A stretch of 31,295 nucleotides of DNA from Pseudothermotoga sp. (GTDB lineage Bacteria; Thermotogota; Thermotogae; Thermotogales; DSM-5069). Positions 1 through 8,170 of this stretch are shown here, piece after piece. How positions within the stretch are numbered: position 1 is the stretch's first letter; each line of letters opens with the position of its first letter. Under the pieces are notes generated by a model, which worked only from the letters and a program-made list of their open reading frames with translations, had not been told where the DNA came from and searched no databases. The position numbers and the translations under genes are program-made. The stretch is taken from the NCBI GenBank assembly GCA_031962025.1, contig JAVRKW010000015.1; one strand, written 5' to 3'.

Positions 1-35
1 TTTCCATCTCTTTCAGAGAGTATCTTCATTCGGAC
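1..35 (-). CRISPR. Single CRISPR direct repeat, truncated by the window edge; probably the leader-proximal repeat of an array extending left of the window
   Basis: Minus strand reads GTCCGAATGAAGATACTCTCTGAAAGAGATGGAAA(C): short TCTCT/AGAGA hairpin (7-11 with 15-19) and a GAAA(C) 3' end typical of CRISPR repeats. From memory it resembles 36-nt Thermotogales repeats of the GTTTCCATCTCTTTCAGAGAG...CGGAC type. It is followed by ORF-free AT-rich DNA. Only one copy is visible, with no spacers. Confidence 0.7.
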
Positions 36-430
36 GGTACCTTTCTGGGAGTAGCATAGATAGATGGTTATTTGTGTCTAAAATTCGACTCCTAGTGTTA
101 AGTAAGTTATTTGCTGGCTAATTTTTAGTCGATTTTTGTGGTTTTGTTGTTTTGTGATGCTGATTCGTAACCTGTTGGGTGAAAGTGCATTTTTGAAATG
201 TGGGTATTTTTCAAAATGGCTTTTCACAAAGTATTTTGAAAGTATACATGAACTAATCTTGTGTACATCGCACTGAGATAAGTATTTAATATTGACTTTT
301 CAAAGACCGTTTGTGATGTAGGTGGTATTTAATAATATTCACGGCTATATTTTTTGACCATTTCTTTGTGAATCTGCTTTTTATCAGCTACTACAGCTGG
401 TTTTTTGAATTACATATATATTGTACCATA
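36..430 (-). promoter_or_regulatory. Putative CRISPR leader
   Basis: AT-rich, no ORF of 60 aa or more, directly abuts the 5' end of the repeat on the minus strand. Candidate extended -10 TGGTACAAT on minus at 428-420. Boundaries are approximate. Confidence 0.5.
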
Positions 431-533
431 AATTTTTTTACAGCGTGTCTTTTTTGTCTGGTTTCTTTTTTAGTTTATCACAAATCATTAGAAGGATGTC
501 TTTTGAGCACGATCTAAATTTAAAGAGTATGAC

Positions 534-562
534 TTGACAGGTTTCATATCTTGCGGTATTAT
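534..562 (+). promoter_or_regulatory. Sigma70/SigA promoter of the sugar ABC-treT operon
   Basis: TTGACA (534-539), 17-nt spacer, TATTAT (557-562), about 60 nt upstream of the SBP start. Confidence 0.8.
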
Positions 563-571
563 TTCTATAGA

Positions 572-595
572 ATTAATTCATGTTACAACAAAAAT
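572..595 (+). promoter_or_regulatory. Candidate ROK-family (TreR-like) operator
   Basis: ATTAATTCATGTTACAACAAAAAT lies just downstream of the -10, a repressor position. It is an AT-rich quasi-palindrome like Thermotogae ROK sites, and a ROK regulator is encoded in the operon. Confidence 0.5.
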
Positions 596-624
596 CAGAT
601 TACACCACAAGGGGAGGGAGTAGT

Positions 625-1797
625 ATGTCAAGGTGGATTGTTGTTTGTTTAACGCTACTGGCGACTGTTCTGAGTGCCGTAACACTCACCGTCATTGGTC
701 CATGGTCCGGAGCCGAAATGCAGGGGTTCATGCCTGTTCTTCAGGAGTTCGAAAAGCAGACAGGGATAAAGATCGAGTACAAGATTTACAGGGCAGAGGA
801 TCTTGCAAATTTGTTACCCGCGCAGTTTGCGGCTAAAAGAACACCGGGTGATGTCATTTTCATGTGGGCAAGTTTCATAAGAGAATACGGACAAAAAGGG
901 CACATCATGCCTCTTACCAATGTTATAGACGAATCCAAGTACCTGCCCGGATCACTCGATGCTGTGAAAGTCGGTAAGGAGCTGTACGGTGCTGCCTACA
1001 CTGGAAAGGTCAAACCAGGTTTCTGGTACAGAAAATCGTTCTTTGAAAAGTATGGATTGCAACCACCTAAAACCTGGGAAGAATTTGTCGCACTGCTTGA
1101 AAAAATCAAAAAAATACCATCAATAAAAGCACCAATAGCAAGCGGTGATGGCGTCGGCTGGCCTCTTTCAGATGTGACAGAACACTTCTTGATAACCTTT
1201 GGAGGTCCAGAGCTACAGCTTGATCTGATTGAAGGCAATGTCAGATGGAACAGCTACATTGTCAAAAATGCGTTTGAAAAGTTGACTTTTCTGCTTGAAA
1301 AAAAGTATTTTGGTGAACCAACAGAGTGGACTCTTGTTCTCAAACAGTGGTGGAATGGAGATTATGGACTTTATTTCATGGGTAGCTGGATAACCGGTAT
1401 GGTTGATGATCCAAACGATCTCGGTGTTTTCTCACTGCCCGGTGCAAGGGGTGTTGTCTTTGGTGCTGATTATGTGTTTGTACCGAAGTACACCCAGTAT
1501 CCTGAAGAGGCAAAGAAACTCATCGCATGGCTCACTGGTCCGCAGGGACAGGCTGTTCAGGTAAAGCAGGGTGGTCATATAGCAACGGCAGTTGGAATTG
1601 ATCTTTCAAACTATCCGCCTGTTGATAGAGAAGTTGCCAAGATAATAGAGGGCGTGGTGGCTCTACCAGACCTGGATGATTCCATAGGAGGCGAGTTCCA
1701 ACCTGCGTTCTGGGATCAGTTGAAACTGCTCTGGGTACAGCCGCAGAGATTGAGCGATGTCATAGAAACACTGCAGCAGAAGGCACCAAAGAAGTGA
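625..1797 (+). CDS. Sugar (alpha-glucoside/trehalose-type) ABC transporter substrate-binding protein
   Basis: Signal peptide MSRWIVVCLTLLATVLSA; family-1 SBP motifs (FWYRKSFFEKYGLQPPKTWEEF, GWPLSDVTE, FMGSWI). RBS GGGGAGGGAG favours ATG 625 over 580. Confidence 0.9.
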   Translation: MSRWIVVCLTLLATVLSAVTLTVIGPWSGAEMQGFMPVLQEFEKQTGIKIEYKIYRAEDLANLLPAQFAAKRTPGDVIFMWASFIREYGQKGHIMPLTNVIDESKYLPGSLDAVKVGKELYGAAYTGKVKPGFWYRKSFFEKYGLQPPKTWEEFVALLEKIKKIPSIKAPIASGDGVGWPLSDVTEHFLITFGGPELQLDLIEGNVRWNSYIVKNAFEKLTFLLEKKYFGEPTEWTLVLKQWWNGDYGLYFMGSWITGMVDDPNDLGVFSLPGARGVVFGADYVFVPKYTQYPEEAKKLIAWLTGPQGQAVQVKQGGHIATAVGIDLSNYPPVDREVAKIIEGVVALPDLDDSIGGEFQPAFWDQLKLLWVQPQRLSDVIETLQQKAPKK

Positions 1798-1806
1798 CAA
1801 AAAGTT

Positions 1807-2685
1807 ATGAAAAGCAGAAAGCATTACGTTTTGTTTTTCATTCTACCTGCTGTAGTTTTGTTGTTGATTTTTGTTGTCTATCCAGTTGTAAAAACTGTTC
1901 TGTTGAGTTTTCTTGATTCAAATGGAAAATTCGTTGGGTTCAAAAATTACGTGAATGTTCTCAAGAGCAAGGAAATATTCGATATCAGGGGCTTTTCCAG
2001 GGGATTTCCCCTGGGAGCCCTTATTCATAATTTACTCTGGATAGCGATTCACCTGCCTTTAACAGTTATTCTTGGATTATTCCTTTCTGTGTTTTTGAAA
2101 AATGTTCGTGGTGGTTCGATAATAAAATCCATCATTTTTCTTGGCATGGTTATGCCTATGATCGTTGGTGGAGTGATGATAAGTTTCATTTTTGACAGAA
2201 ATCTCGGTGTTGTGAATGGACTTCTGAGTCTTTTTGGTGTTCAGCCAAGGACATGGACTGCTCATCCAGATAGTGCTTTACTGTCTTTGATCTTCGGTTC
2301 TGTCTGGCTCTGGACGGGTTTTTCGGTGATACTGTATTCCGCCGGTTTGGAAACTATACCAAAGGATTACTACGAAGCCGCACAGCTTGATGGTGCAGGA
2401 CCATGGAAGATCTTCACGAAGGTGACTGTGCCACTTCTCAGACCGGTGACAGTAGTTGTTGTGACCATGACCCTGCTGTGGGAATTGAAGGTTTTTGATA
2501 TTGTCTATATTGCAACGATGGGTGGTCCGGGTGGGGCTTCAAATGTCCTTGCTTTGCAGATGTACACCTATGCATTCAGAGCTCTTGATTTCAACCGTTC
2601 GGCTGTTGTGGCTGTTATTTTGACCTTATCGACCATGAGTGTTGGACTTTCACTTCTTAGATCTGTGAAGGATGATCAGGTATGA
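1807..2685 (+). CDS. Carbohydrate ABC permease (MalF-like)
   Basis: Multiple TM helices; EAA loop YYEAAQLDGAGPWKIFTKVTVPLL. Confidence 0.92.
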   Translation: MKSRKHYVLFFILPAVVLLLIFVVYPVVKTVLLSFLDSNGKFVGFKNYVNVLKSKEIFDIRGFSRGFPLGALIHNLLWIAIHLPLTVILGLFLSVFLKNVRGGSIIKSIIFLGMVMPMIVGGVMISFIFDRNLGVVNGLLSLFGVQPRTWTAHPDSALLSLIFGSVWLWTGFSVILYSAGLETIPKDYYEAAQLDGAGPWKIFTKVTVPLLRPVTVVVVTMTLLWELKVFDIVYIATMGGPGGASNVLALQMYTYAFRALDFNRSAVVAVILTLSTMSVGLSLLRSVKDDQV

Positions 2686-3500
2686 AAAAGTTTTTCTATA
2701 CACTCTTTGGATGGCTTATTGCTTTTATATGGATAATCCCATTTTTCGGAGTTTTTATGACTGCGATAAGACCACTCGATGAACTTTTGAACGGGTGGTG
2801 GAAATTTGATTCATTCACACCGAGCTTTATGAATTTTGTGAATGCCCTGAATCACCCTACAGCGGCTTTGTCAAAAGGAATTGTGAACTCACTCATAGTA
2901 GCAGTTCCTGCAACGATTCTTCCACTCATACTCGGTACGATGGCTGGATACGGTTTTTCAAGGTACAGGTTCAGTTTGAAGATACCGCTGTTTACACTTG
3001 TGGTTATCACTTTGGCTCTCCCACAGCAAACAATTGCCGTGCCAATTTTTCAACTTTTGAATGCCATGAACTTAATAGACAGTTATCTTGGGCTGATCAT
3101 AGTCCATACGGCATGGGGTATCCCGTGGATCACTTTCTTTATGAGGAATTTTTTTGTGACCATACCAAGAGCGATGGAGGAAGCCGCAAGGATAGACGGT
3201 GCGAATGATATAACGACCTTTTTCAAAATTGTTTTGCCAATGGCTTTACCAGCTATAGGATCTGCCTTTGCTCTGCAATTCACCTGGGTCTGGAGCGATT
3301 TTTTCCTGGCATTGATAATCATATACTCTCCAGATAAACTCCTTGCAACGCAGAGAATACCACTGATGAGAGGTGTTTACCATGTCGACTGGGGGCTTTT
3401 GTCTTCGGCGGCAATAATAGTTATGATCGTTCCAATACTTGTATACCTGCTGTTGCAGAGATACTACATAAAGGGTATGATTGGCTGGTCTTTAAAGTAA
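2682..3500 (+). CDS. Carbohydrate ABC permease (MalG-like)
   Basis: TM helices; EAA loop MEEAARIDGANDITTFFKIVLP; overlaps the previous stop (ATGA). Confidence 0.92.
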   Translation: MKKFFYTLFGWLIAFIWIIPFFGVFMTAIRPLDELLNGWWKFDSFTPSFMNFVNALNHPTAALSKGIVNSLIVAVPATILPLILGTMAGYGFSRYRFSLKIPLFTLVVITLALPQQTIAVPIFQLLNAMNLIDSYLGLIIVHTAWGIPWITFFMRNFFVTIPRAMEEAARIDGANDITTFFKIVLPMALPAIGSAFALQFTWVWSDFFLALIIIYSPDKLLATQRIPLMRGVYHVDWGLLSSAAIIVMIVPILVYLLLQRYYIKGMIGWSLK

Positions 3501-3518
3501 AAGGAGGAATAATTTGGT

Positions 3519-4754
3519 ATGAGAGTTGAACTGAAAGACAGGTCTATCGAAGAATACAGAAACATAATTAACGGAGAAATCGAAAAAATAAAAAAGCTGG
3601 CAGAACCACTTAAAGGAAAAAAAGTGGTACATGTGAATGCAACAGCTTTTGGTGGAGGAGTTGCGGAGATCTTGCAGAATCTGGTACCGTTGATGAGATC
3701 TGTTGGAATTGACGCCGAGTGGCATGCAATAGAAGCGCCCAATGAGTTTTTCAATGTCACCAAAAAATTCCACAACACACTTCAGGGAGCAAAAATCGAG
3801 ATCTCCGAGCAGGAATGGCAGCTGTACGAAGAAATTTGTCGCAAGAATGCACAGATAATAAGCGAAGATGCAGACATAATAGTGATTCACGATCCACAAC
3901 CAGCCGCGATAAGGTTGTTTGCAAAGACGAAACCTTCTGCAAAATGGCTCTGGAGATGCCATATAGATCTTTCAACACCAAACAAAGCGGTGTGGGAGAG
4001 ATTCACAAAATATCTGAAAGATTACGACAGAATGATCTTTCACCTTCAAGAATATTTTCCACAGGATTTTACCGATAAGTGCACTGCCTTTCCACCGAGC
4101 ATAGATCCTTTGAGTGAAAAAAATATTCAGTTGGATAATGATTTCGTACAAAAGACACTAAGCAGATTGAATATAGACCCAAAAAGACCTTTGATAACCG
4201 TCGTTGCGAGATTTGATCCGTGGAAAGATCTTTTTTCGGCGATAGATGTGTACAGAATGGTTAAGAAAGTAGAGCCATCTGTCCAGCTGGCGATTGTTTC
4301 AGCAATGGCTTCTGATGATCCTGAAGGCTGGATTTTCTTTGAAAAGGTTGCAAGGTATGCAGGAACAGATCAGGACATAATCTTTTGCACCAATCTGAAC
4401 GGCGTGGGCAACAGGGAAGTCAATGCGATTCAGAGGGCATCAACTGTGGCACTTCACACTGCAACAAGAGAAGGTTTTGGACTGGTCATCAGCGAAGCTC
4501 TTTACAAGAATGTACCTGTTGTTGCAAGACCTGCCGGCGGTGTAAAGATACAGATAAAACACGGGGAGTCCGGGTATCTTGCACATGATAAGGAAGAACT
4601 TGCAGAGTATATAATCAGATTGATAAAAGACGAAGAGCTTCGAAAAAAGATGGGGCAAGCCGGGAAAAAGATCGTGATAGAGAATTTCATAATAACGGTC
4701 AATCTCAAAAATTATTTGAAAGTATTTCTGGGGTCAACTACCAGCGGCTTGTAA
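3519..4754 (+). CDS. treT: Trehalose synthase (glycosyl-transferring, GT4)
   Basis: TreT motifs VVHVNATAFGGGVAEIL, IHDPQP, WRCHID, ARFDPWKD, EGFGLVISEAL; RBS AAGGAGG. Confidence 0.88.
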   Translation: MRVELKDRSIEEYRNIINGEIEKIKKLAEPLKGKKVVHVNATAFGGGVAEILQNLVPLMRSVGIDAEWHAIEAPNEFFNVTKKFHNTLQGAKIEISEQEWQLYEEICRKNAQIISEDADIIVIHDPQPAAIRLFAKTKPSAKWLWRCHIDLSTPNKAVWERFTKYLKDYDRMIFHLQEYFPQDFTDKCTAFPPSIDPLSEKNIQLDNDFVQKTLSRLNIDPKRPLITVVARFDPWKDLFSAIDVYRMVKKVEPSVQLAIVSAMASDDPEGWIFFEKVARYAGTDQDIIFCTNLNGVGNREVNAIQRASTVALHTATREGFGLVISEALYKNVPVVARPAGGVKIQIKHGESGYLAHDKEELAEYIIRLIKDEELRKKMGQAGKKIVIENFIITVNLKNYLKVFLGSTTSGL

Positions 4755-4796
4755 AAGCGGGGACTTGAAAAAGCCATAGTTGACAGCTTCAGGCGC
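4733..4796 (+). mobile_element. Orphan IS200/IS605-family end / IscB omegaRNA (HEARO)-like structured remnant
   Basis: Perfect 8-bp outer stem GTCAACTA (4733-4740) / TAGTTGAC (4777-4784) encloses two small hairpins (GCTT-GTAA-AAGC and G(A)CTT-GAAA-AAGCC). This matches the GTCAACTACC...GGCTTG.AAAAGCC..GTTGAC pattern at IscB/HEARO 5' scaffolds. No nuclease or transposase ORF nearby. Confidence 0.6.
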
Positions 4797-4819
4797 CAGT
4801 GAAAAATGAGGTGAAGTAA

Positions 4820-5944
4820 TTGCCAGCGCCTGTTTTGAGAAAGAAAAACAAGGTGAGTGTTGTAAAGAACATTTTTGATCACAAAAGAATGTCGCGTGTG
4901 GAGATATCCCGCGCGACAAATCTTTCTTTGAGTACTCTTAGCTATATAATCAGGGAACTTGAAGAAGAAGGCTTACTGCAATCTGATCAGATAACCCACA
5001 GCAGAGGAAGACCATCCCAGGCTGTGAGAATAAACCCACATGCCTGGTCTGTGATAGGTGTCAAAATCGGTAGAGAAGAGGTACGGGGTACGCTGTTTGA
5101 TGCGACCATGAAACCACTTAAGACCCACGGTCTAAGAGTCCTTTCGCACTTGAGGAACAACGACGGCTACACAAAGGCTTTTGAAGATGTACTTGAACAT
5201 CTTCGTTGCGATAACCTTCTTGGTGTTGGAGTTTGCTCTTCTGGTATAGTCGAAAATGGCAAAATTGTGATTTCCCATTTGATGAATGTAAGTGATCTTG
5301 ATCTGGGAAAACTTCTGCTTAAGGACTTTCAAATTAAAAGATTTATTTTGATGAACGACACAGATGCTCTGTGTTATGCTCTGTCAAAAACAGAAAAATC
5401 TGATTTTCTCGTGCTCACATACGGTACAGGTATAGGAGCAAGTCTGTGGACAAAGGGTCAAGCTCAACATTTTGAAATCGGGCACACGATTGTCTCTTCA
5501 GACGGAAGATGTTACTGTGGACAAACAGGTTGTCTTGAATACCATGCGTCCGAGTACGCAGTGCTTAAAGTTTATAAAAACCAGAAGATAGATTTCCAAG
5601 ATTTTGCAAGAAATGAAGAAGAAAAATACAGAGAAAGCATAGAGCAGATCAGAAATTTAGCTGCCAGAGATTTTAAATCAGTAGAGAGTTACTACACAAA
5701 GGCTTTTCAGATGCTCGGAACAGTCATTGGTAATCTTTTGATGATTCTAAAACCTTCCAAAGTCTTCCTGCTCGGAGAAGGTATGGTCAGCAAACAGATG
5801 GCAGAGTTGTTGAAAGAGTACATTGTAAGCAGATTCAACCGTGAATTCATAAACAACATAACCTTCTCTATTGCCCAAGCCGATTGGGAACAGGGCGTAG
5901 CCACAGCAACAGTTCATAAATTCCTGCACGAGATTGTTAAGTGA
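4820..5944 (+). CDS. ROK-family transcriptional repressor (TreR-like)
   Basis: N-terminal wHTH (MSRVEISRATNLSLSTLSYIIRELEEEGLL..GRP); ROK motifs GTGIG and EIGH...CYCGQTGCLE; TTG start with GAGGTG RBS; follows treT. Confidence 0.9.
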   Translation: MPAPVLRKKNKVSVVKNIFDHKRMSRVEISRATNLSLSTLSYIIRELEEEGLLQSDQITHSRGRPSQAVRINPHAWSVIGVKIGREEVRGTLFDATMKPLKTHGLRVLSHLRNNDGYTKAFEDVLEHLRCDNLLGVGVCSSGIVENGKIVISHLMNVSDLDLGKLLLKDFQIKRFILMNDTDALCYALSKTEKSDFLVLTYGTGIGASLWTKGQAQHFEIGHTIVSSDGRCYCGQTGCLEYHASEYAVLKVYKNQKIDFQDFARNEEEKYRESIEQIRNLAARDFKSVESYYTKAFQMLGTVIGNLLMILKPSKVFLLGEGMVSKQMAELLKEYIVSRFNREFINNITFSIAQADWEQGVATATVHKFLHEIVK

Positions 5945-7032
5945 ACTCTCACCTTTTTGTGTTAACGCCATTGACAAATTCTGATATGTTTGAACAGTAT
6001 GTTCTTCAGATCCAGGAAGAGCTCGAAACAGAAGTTCCACCTGTGGACCTTTTGATAGTCAACAACATACTCTCTCTTGGCTTCAACCTGGCTGCTGCCG
6101 TTGCAATAACAGAATATGCGAAAAAGAAAAAGATAAAAATCGTTGGACATCACCATGATTTTTACTGGGAAAGAGAAAGATACTCTTCACCAAAGAGCCA
6201 TTTTGTACAGGAGATCTTAAAAGATTATTTTCCTCCAGATGGGATACTTCATATCACGATCAACAGTCTTGCACAGAAAGAATTATTCAAACGTAAAAAG
6301 ATTGATTCCATAGTTGTACCCAATGTCTTTGATTTCGATCAACCAGAATGGCTGATCGACGATTACAATAAAGGTCTCAAAGAGGAGCTCGGTATAAGCG
6401 AAAAAGATCTTGTGATACTTCACGCCACAAGAATTGTACAAAGAAAAGCCATAGAGATAGCGATGGATTTTGTTGAACAGTTTTGCAAAACCGCACCAGG
6501 TAAGGTCCATTTTGTTGTTGCTGGATTCTTTGAAGATGAATCCAAGGATTATTATGAAAGGCTCATCAGTAAAGCTAAAAAAATGTCCTATCAAACTCAC
6601 TTTGCATTTGGGAAAGTCAAATCTGTCAGGTTTGTCAATTTTGAGAAATATTACTCACTCTGGGATATGTACGCAATTTCAGATGCTGTAACTTATACCT
6701 CAATAATCGAAGGCTGGGGTAATCAACTGATAGAAGCAGTTTTTTCCAAAAAACCACTCGTTGTCTTTGAGTATCCGGTTTACAAAGCTGATATCGCACC
6801 TCTTGGGTTTGACTTCATATCCTTGGGTGACAGAGTCTTTTACGATCAGAGCGAAGGATTGTACAAAGTTGACGTTGACGTGCTCGAAAAAGCAGCAAAA
6901 AAACTGAGTGAATTGTTGTTCGATAAAAAAGCTTTATCGGAGAATGTCCAGAAGAATTTTGAAATAGGAAAAAGACATCTTTCATTGCAGAGCCTGCAAC
7001 AGCATTTGCAGAAGATTTTGAGCTGTATTTGA
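5941..7032 (+). CDS. GT4 glycosyltransferase, mannosylglucosylglycerate synthase (MggS)-like; apparently lacking its N-terminus (possible pseudogene)
   Basis: Motifs NNILSLG, HHHDFYWER, VVPNVFDF, ATRIVQRKAIE, EGWGNQLIEA, NFEIGKRHLS. No N-terminal 'DGVSLE' segment and no clear RBS before GTG 5941. Confidence 0.75.
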   Translation: MNSHLFVLTPLTNSDMFEQYVLQIQEELETEVPPVDLLIVNNILSLGFNLAAAVAITEYAKKKKIKIVGHHHDFYWERERYSSPKSHFVQEILKDYFPPDGILHITINSLAQKELFKRKKIDSIVVPNVFDFDQPEWLIDDYNKGLKEELGISEKDLVILHATRIVQRKAIEIAMDFVEQFCKTAPGKVHFVVAGFFEDESKDYYERLISKAKKMSYQTHFAFGKVKSVRFVNFEKYYSLWDMYAISDAVTYTSIIEGWGNQLIEAVFSKKPLVVFEYPVYKADIAPLGFDFISLGDRVFYDQSEGLYKVDVDVLEKAAKKLSELLFDKKALSENVQKNFEIGKRHLSLQSLQQHLQKILSCI

Positions 7033-7033
7033 A

Positions 7034-7324
7034 TCAAATCTGCATTCTCATGATTTCCTGGTAAGCCTGTACGATTCTGTTCCTAACTTCCGTTGTCAAT
7101 CTCAATGCTATCGTAGCTTTTTCAGCTTCGATGATTACTTCATGTATATTACTTATCTTTCCAAGGGCAAAATCTGCAGACATCTGTTCTGCATTTTTCT
7201 GTATCTGGTTGACCTTCTCTATGGCATTTTTGAGTATATCCGCAAAATCTGCTTCGCTTTTTTTCTGAAAAGTCTGACCTGCCTGAGCTGGATTTTGCCC
7301 TATGTTTGGTATCTTATCGATCAT
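7034..7324 (-). CDS. fliE: Flagellar hook-basal body protein FliE
   Basis: C-terminal [18 protein letters not shown]; follows flgBC. Confidence 0.95.
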   Translation of the reverse strand: MIDKIPNIGQNPAQAGQTFQKKSEADFADILKNAIEKVNQIQKNAEQMSADFALGKISNIHEVIIEAEKATIALRLTTEVRNRIVQAYQEIMRMQI

Positions 7325-7328
7325 TCAA

Positions 7329-7742
7329 TCATCCCCTTCCTATTTGAAGAGCGCTGTTCATCATGGCTTTTGTCACATTGAAGGCTGCAACATTCGCATC
7401 GTATGACCTCTGTGCACTTATCAAGTCTACCATTTCTCTTAGAACATTGACATTTGGAAGACTTACATAGCCATTTTCATCGGCATCTGGATGTGTTGGA
7501 TCGTAAATCAATCTGAAAGGCGATGGGTCTTCTTCAATTCTCGATACTCTGACACCACTGCTTTTGACATTCCCATCTTTCATCAGATATTCTGAGAAAA
7601 TGGGGACACGCCTTCTGTATGGCGTACCATTTTGAGTTCTCGTTGTTTCAGAGTTGGCTATATTGCTTGAAATTACGTCGATTCTCAACCTCTGGGCAGT
7701 CATCCCAGAAGCACTGACATTCATTATCAAAAACTCGTTCAT
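7329..7742 (-). CDS. flgC: Flagellar basal-body rod protein FlgC
   Basis: SASGMTAQRLRIDVISSNIANSETT, YDPTHPDADENGYV, EMVDLISAQRSYDAN; ATG 7742 chosen (alternative GTG 7754). Confidence 0.95.
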   Translation of the reverse strand: MNEFLIMNVSASGMTAQRLRIDVISSNIANSETTRTQNGTPYRRRVPIFSEYLMKDGNVKSSGVRVSRIEEDPSPFRLIYDPTHPDADENGYVSLPNVNVLREMVDLISAQRSYDANVAAFNVTKAMMNSALQIGRG

Positions 7743-7746
7743 TTTA

Positions 7747-8124
7747 TCATGCACTCCTCAAAACTATATTGTAATATTCTATGTTCTTGGACATCAACCT
7801 TGAAAGAACTTCATATCTCAAACCATTTGCAGTCATCTGAGCGATTTCAAAATCTATATCTACACCGTTTTCATCATTCTTATAAAAGAAATTCTTTTCT
7901 TGCTCTACTTTCGGTTGCGGCAGTTTTTCTGTGCTTTGAATGTGCTTTTTATCTGTAGTGGCTAATTGTAATCTCAAAGACTCTTTGAGAAGTTCTTCAA
8001 AAACCACGTATTTTCTTTTATACCCCGGTGTCTCGGCATTGGCAATATTCTGAGCATGGACATTTTGCCTGAGCATTGCAACATCCATCCCTGTTTTTAT
8101 TATCTGAAAATTGGCATTGAACAA
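7747..8124 (-). CDS. flgB: Flagellar basal-body rod protein FlgB
   Basis: RQNVHAQNIANAETPGYKRK, DENGVDIDFE; TTG 8124 chosen from the GGAG RBS (alternative GTG 8133). Confidence 0.93.
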   Translation of the reverse strand: MFNANFQIIKTGMDVAMLRQNVHAQNIANAETPGYKRKYVVFEELLKESLRLQLATTDKKHIQSTEKLPQPKVEQEKNFFYKNDENGVDIDFEIAQMTANGLRYEVLSRLMSKNIEYYNIVLRSA

Positions 8125-8170
8125 CCTTTTCACTCCCTGGGTATCTTTTCTACAAACGATATGTTTTTTC

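Noticed and set aside
36..530. Additional degenerate CRISPR repeats, tRNA or small ORF in the leader region
   Set aside because: By eye I found no second repeat copy, no cloverleaf and no ORF with an RBS.
580..624. Upstream in-frame ATG extending the SBP by 15 aa
   Set aside because: It lies within the candidate operator with no RBS; the strong RBS and signal peptide fit ATG 625.
4755..4800. Ordinary intrinsic terminator after treT
   Set aside because: No U-tract on +, the fold is multi-stem and starts inside the CDS; better explained as an IS200/IS605-type remnant.
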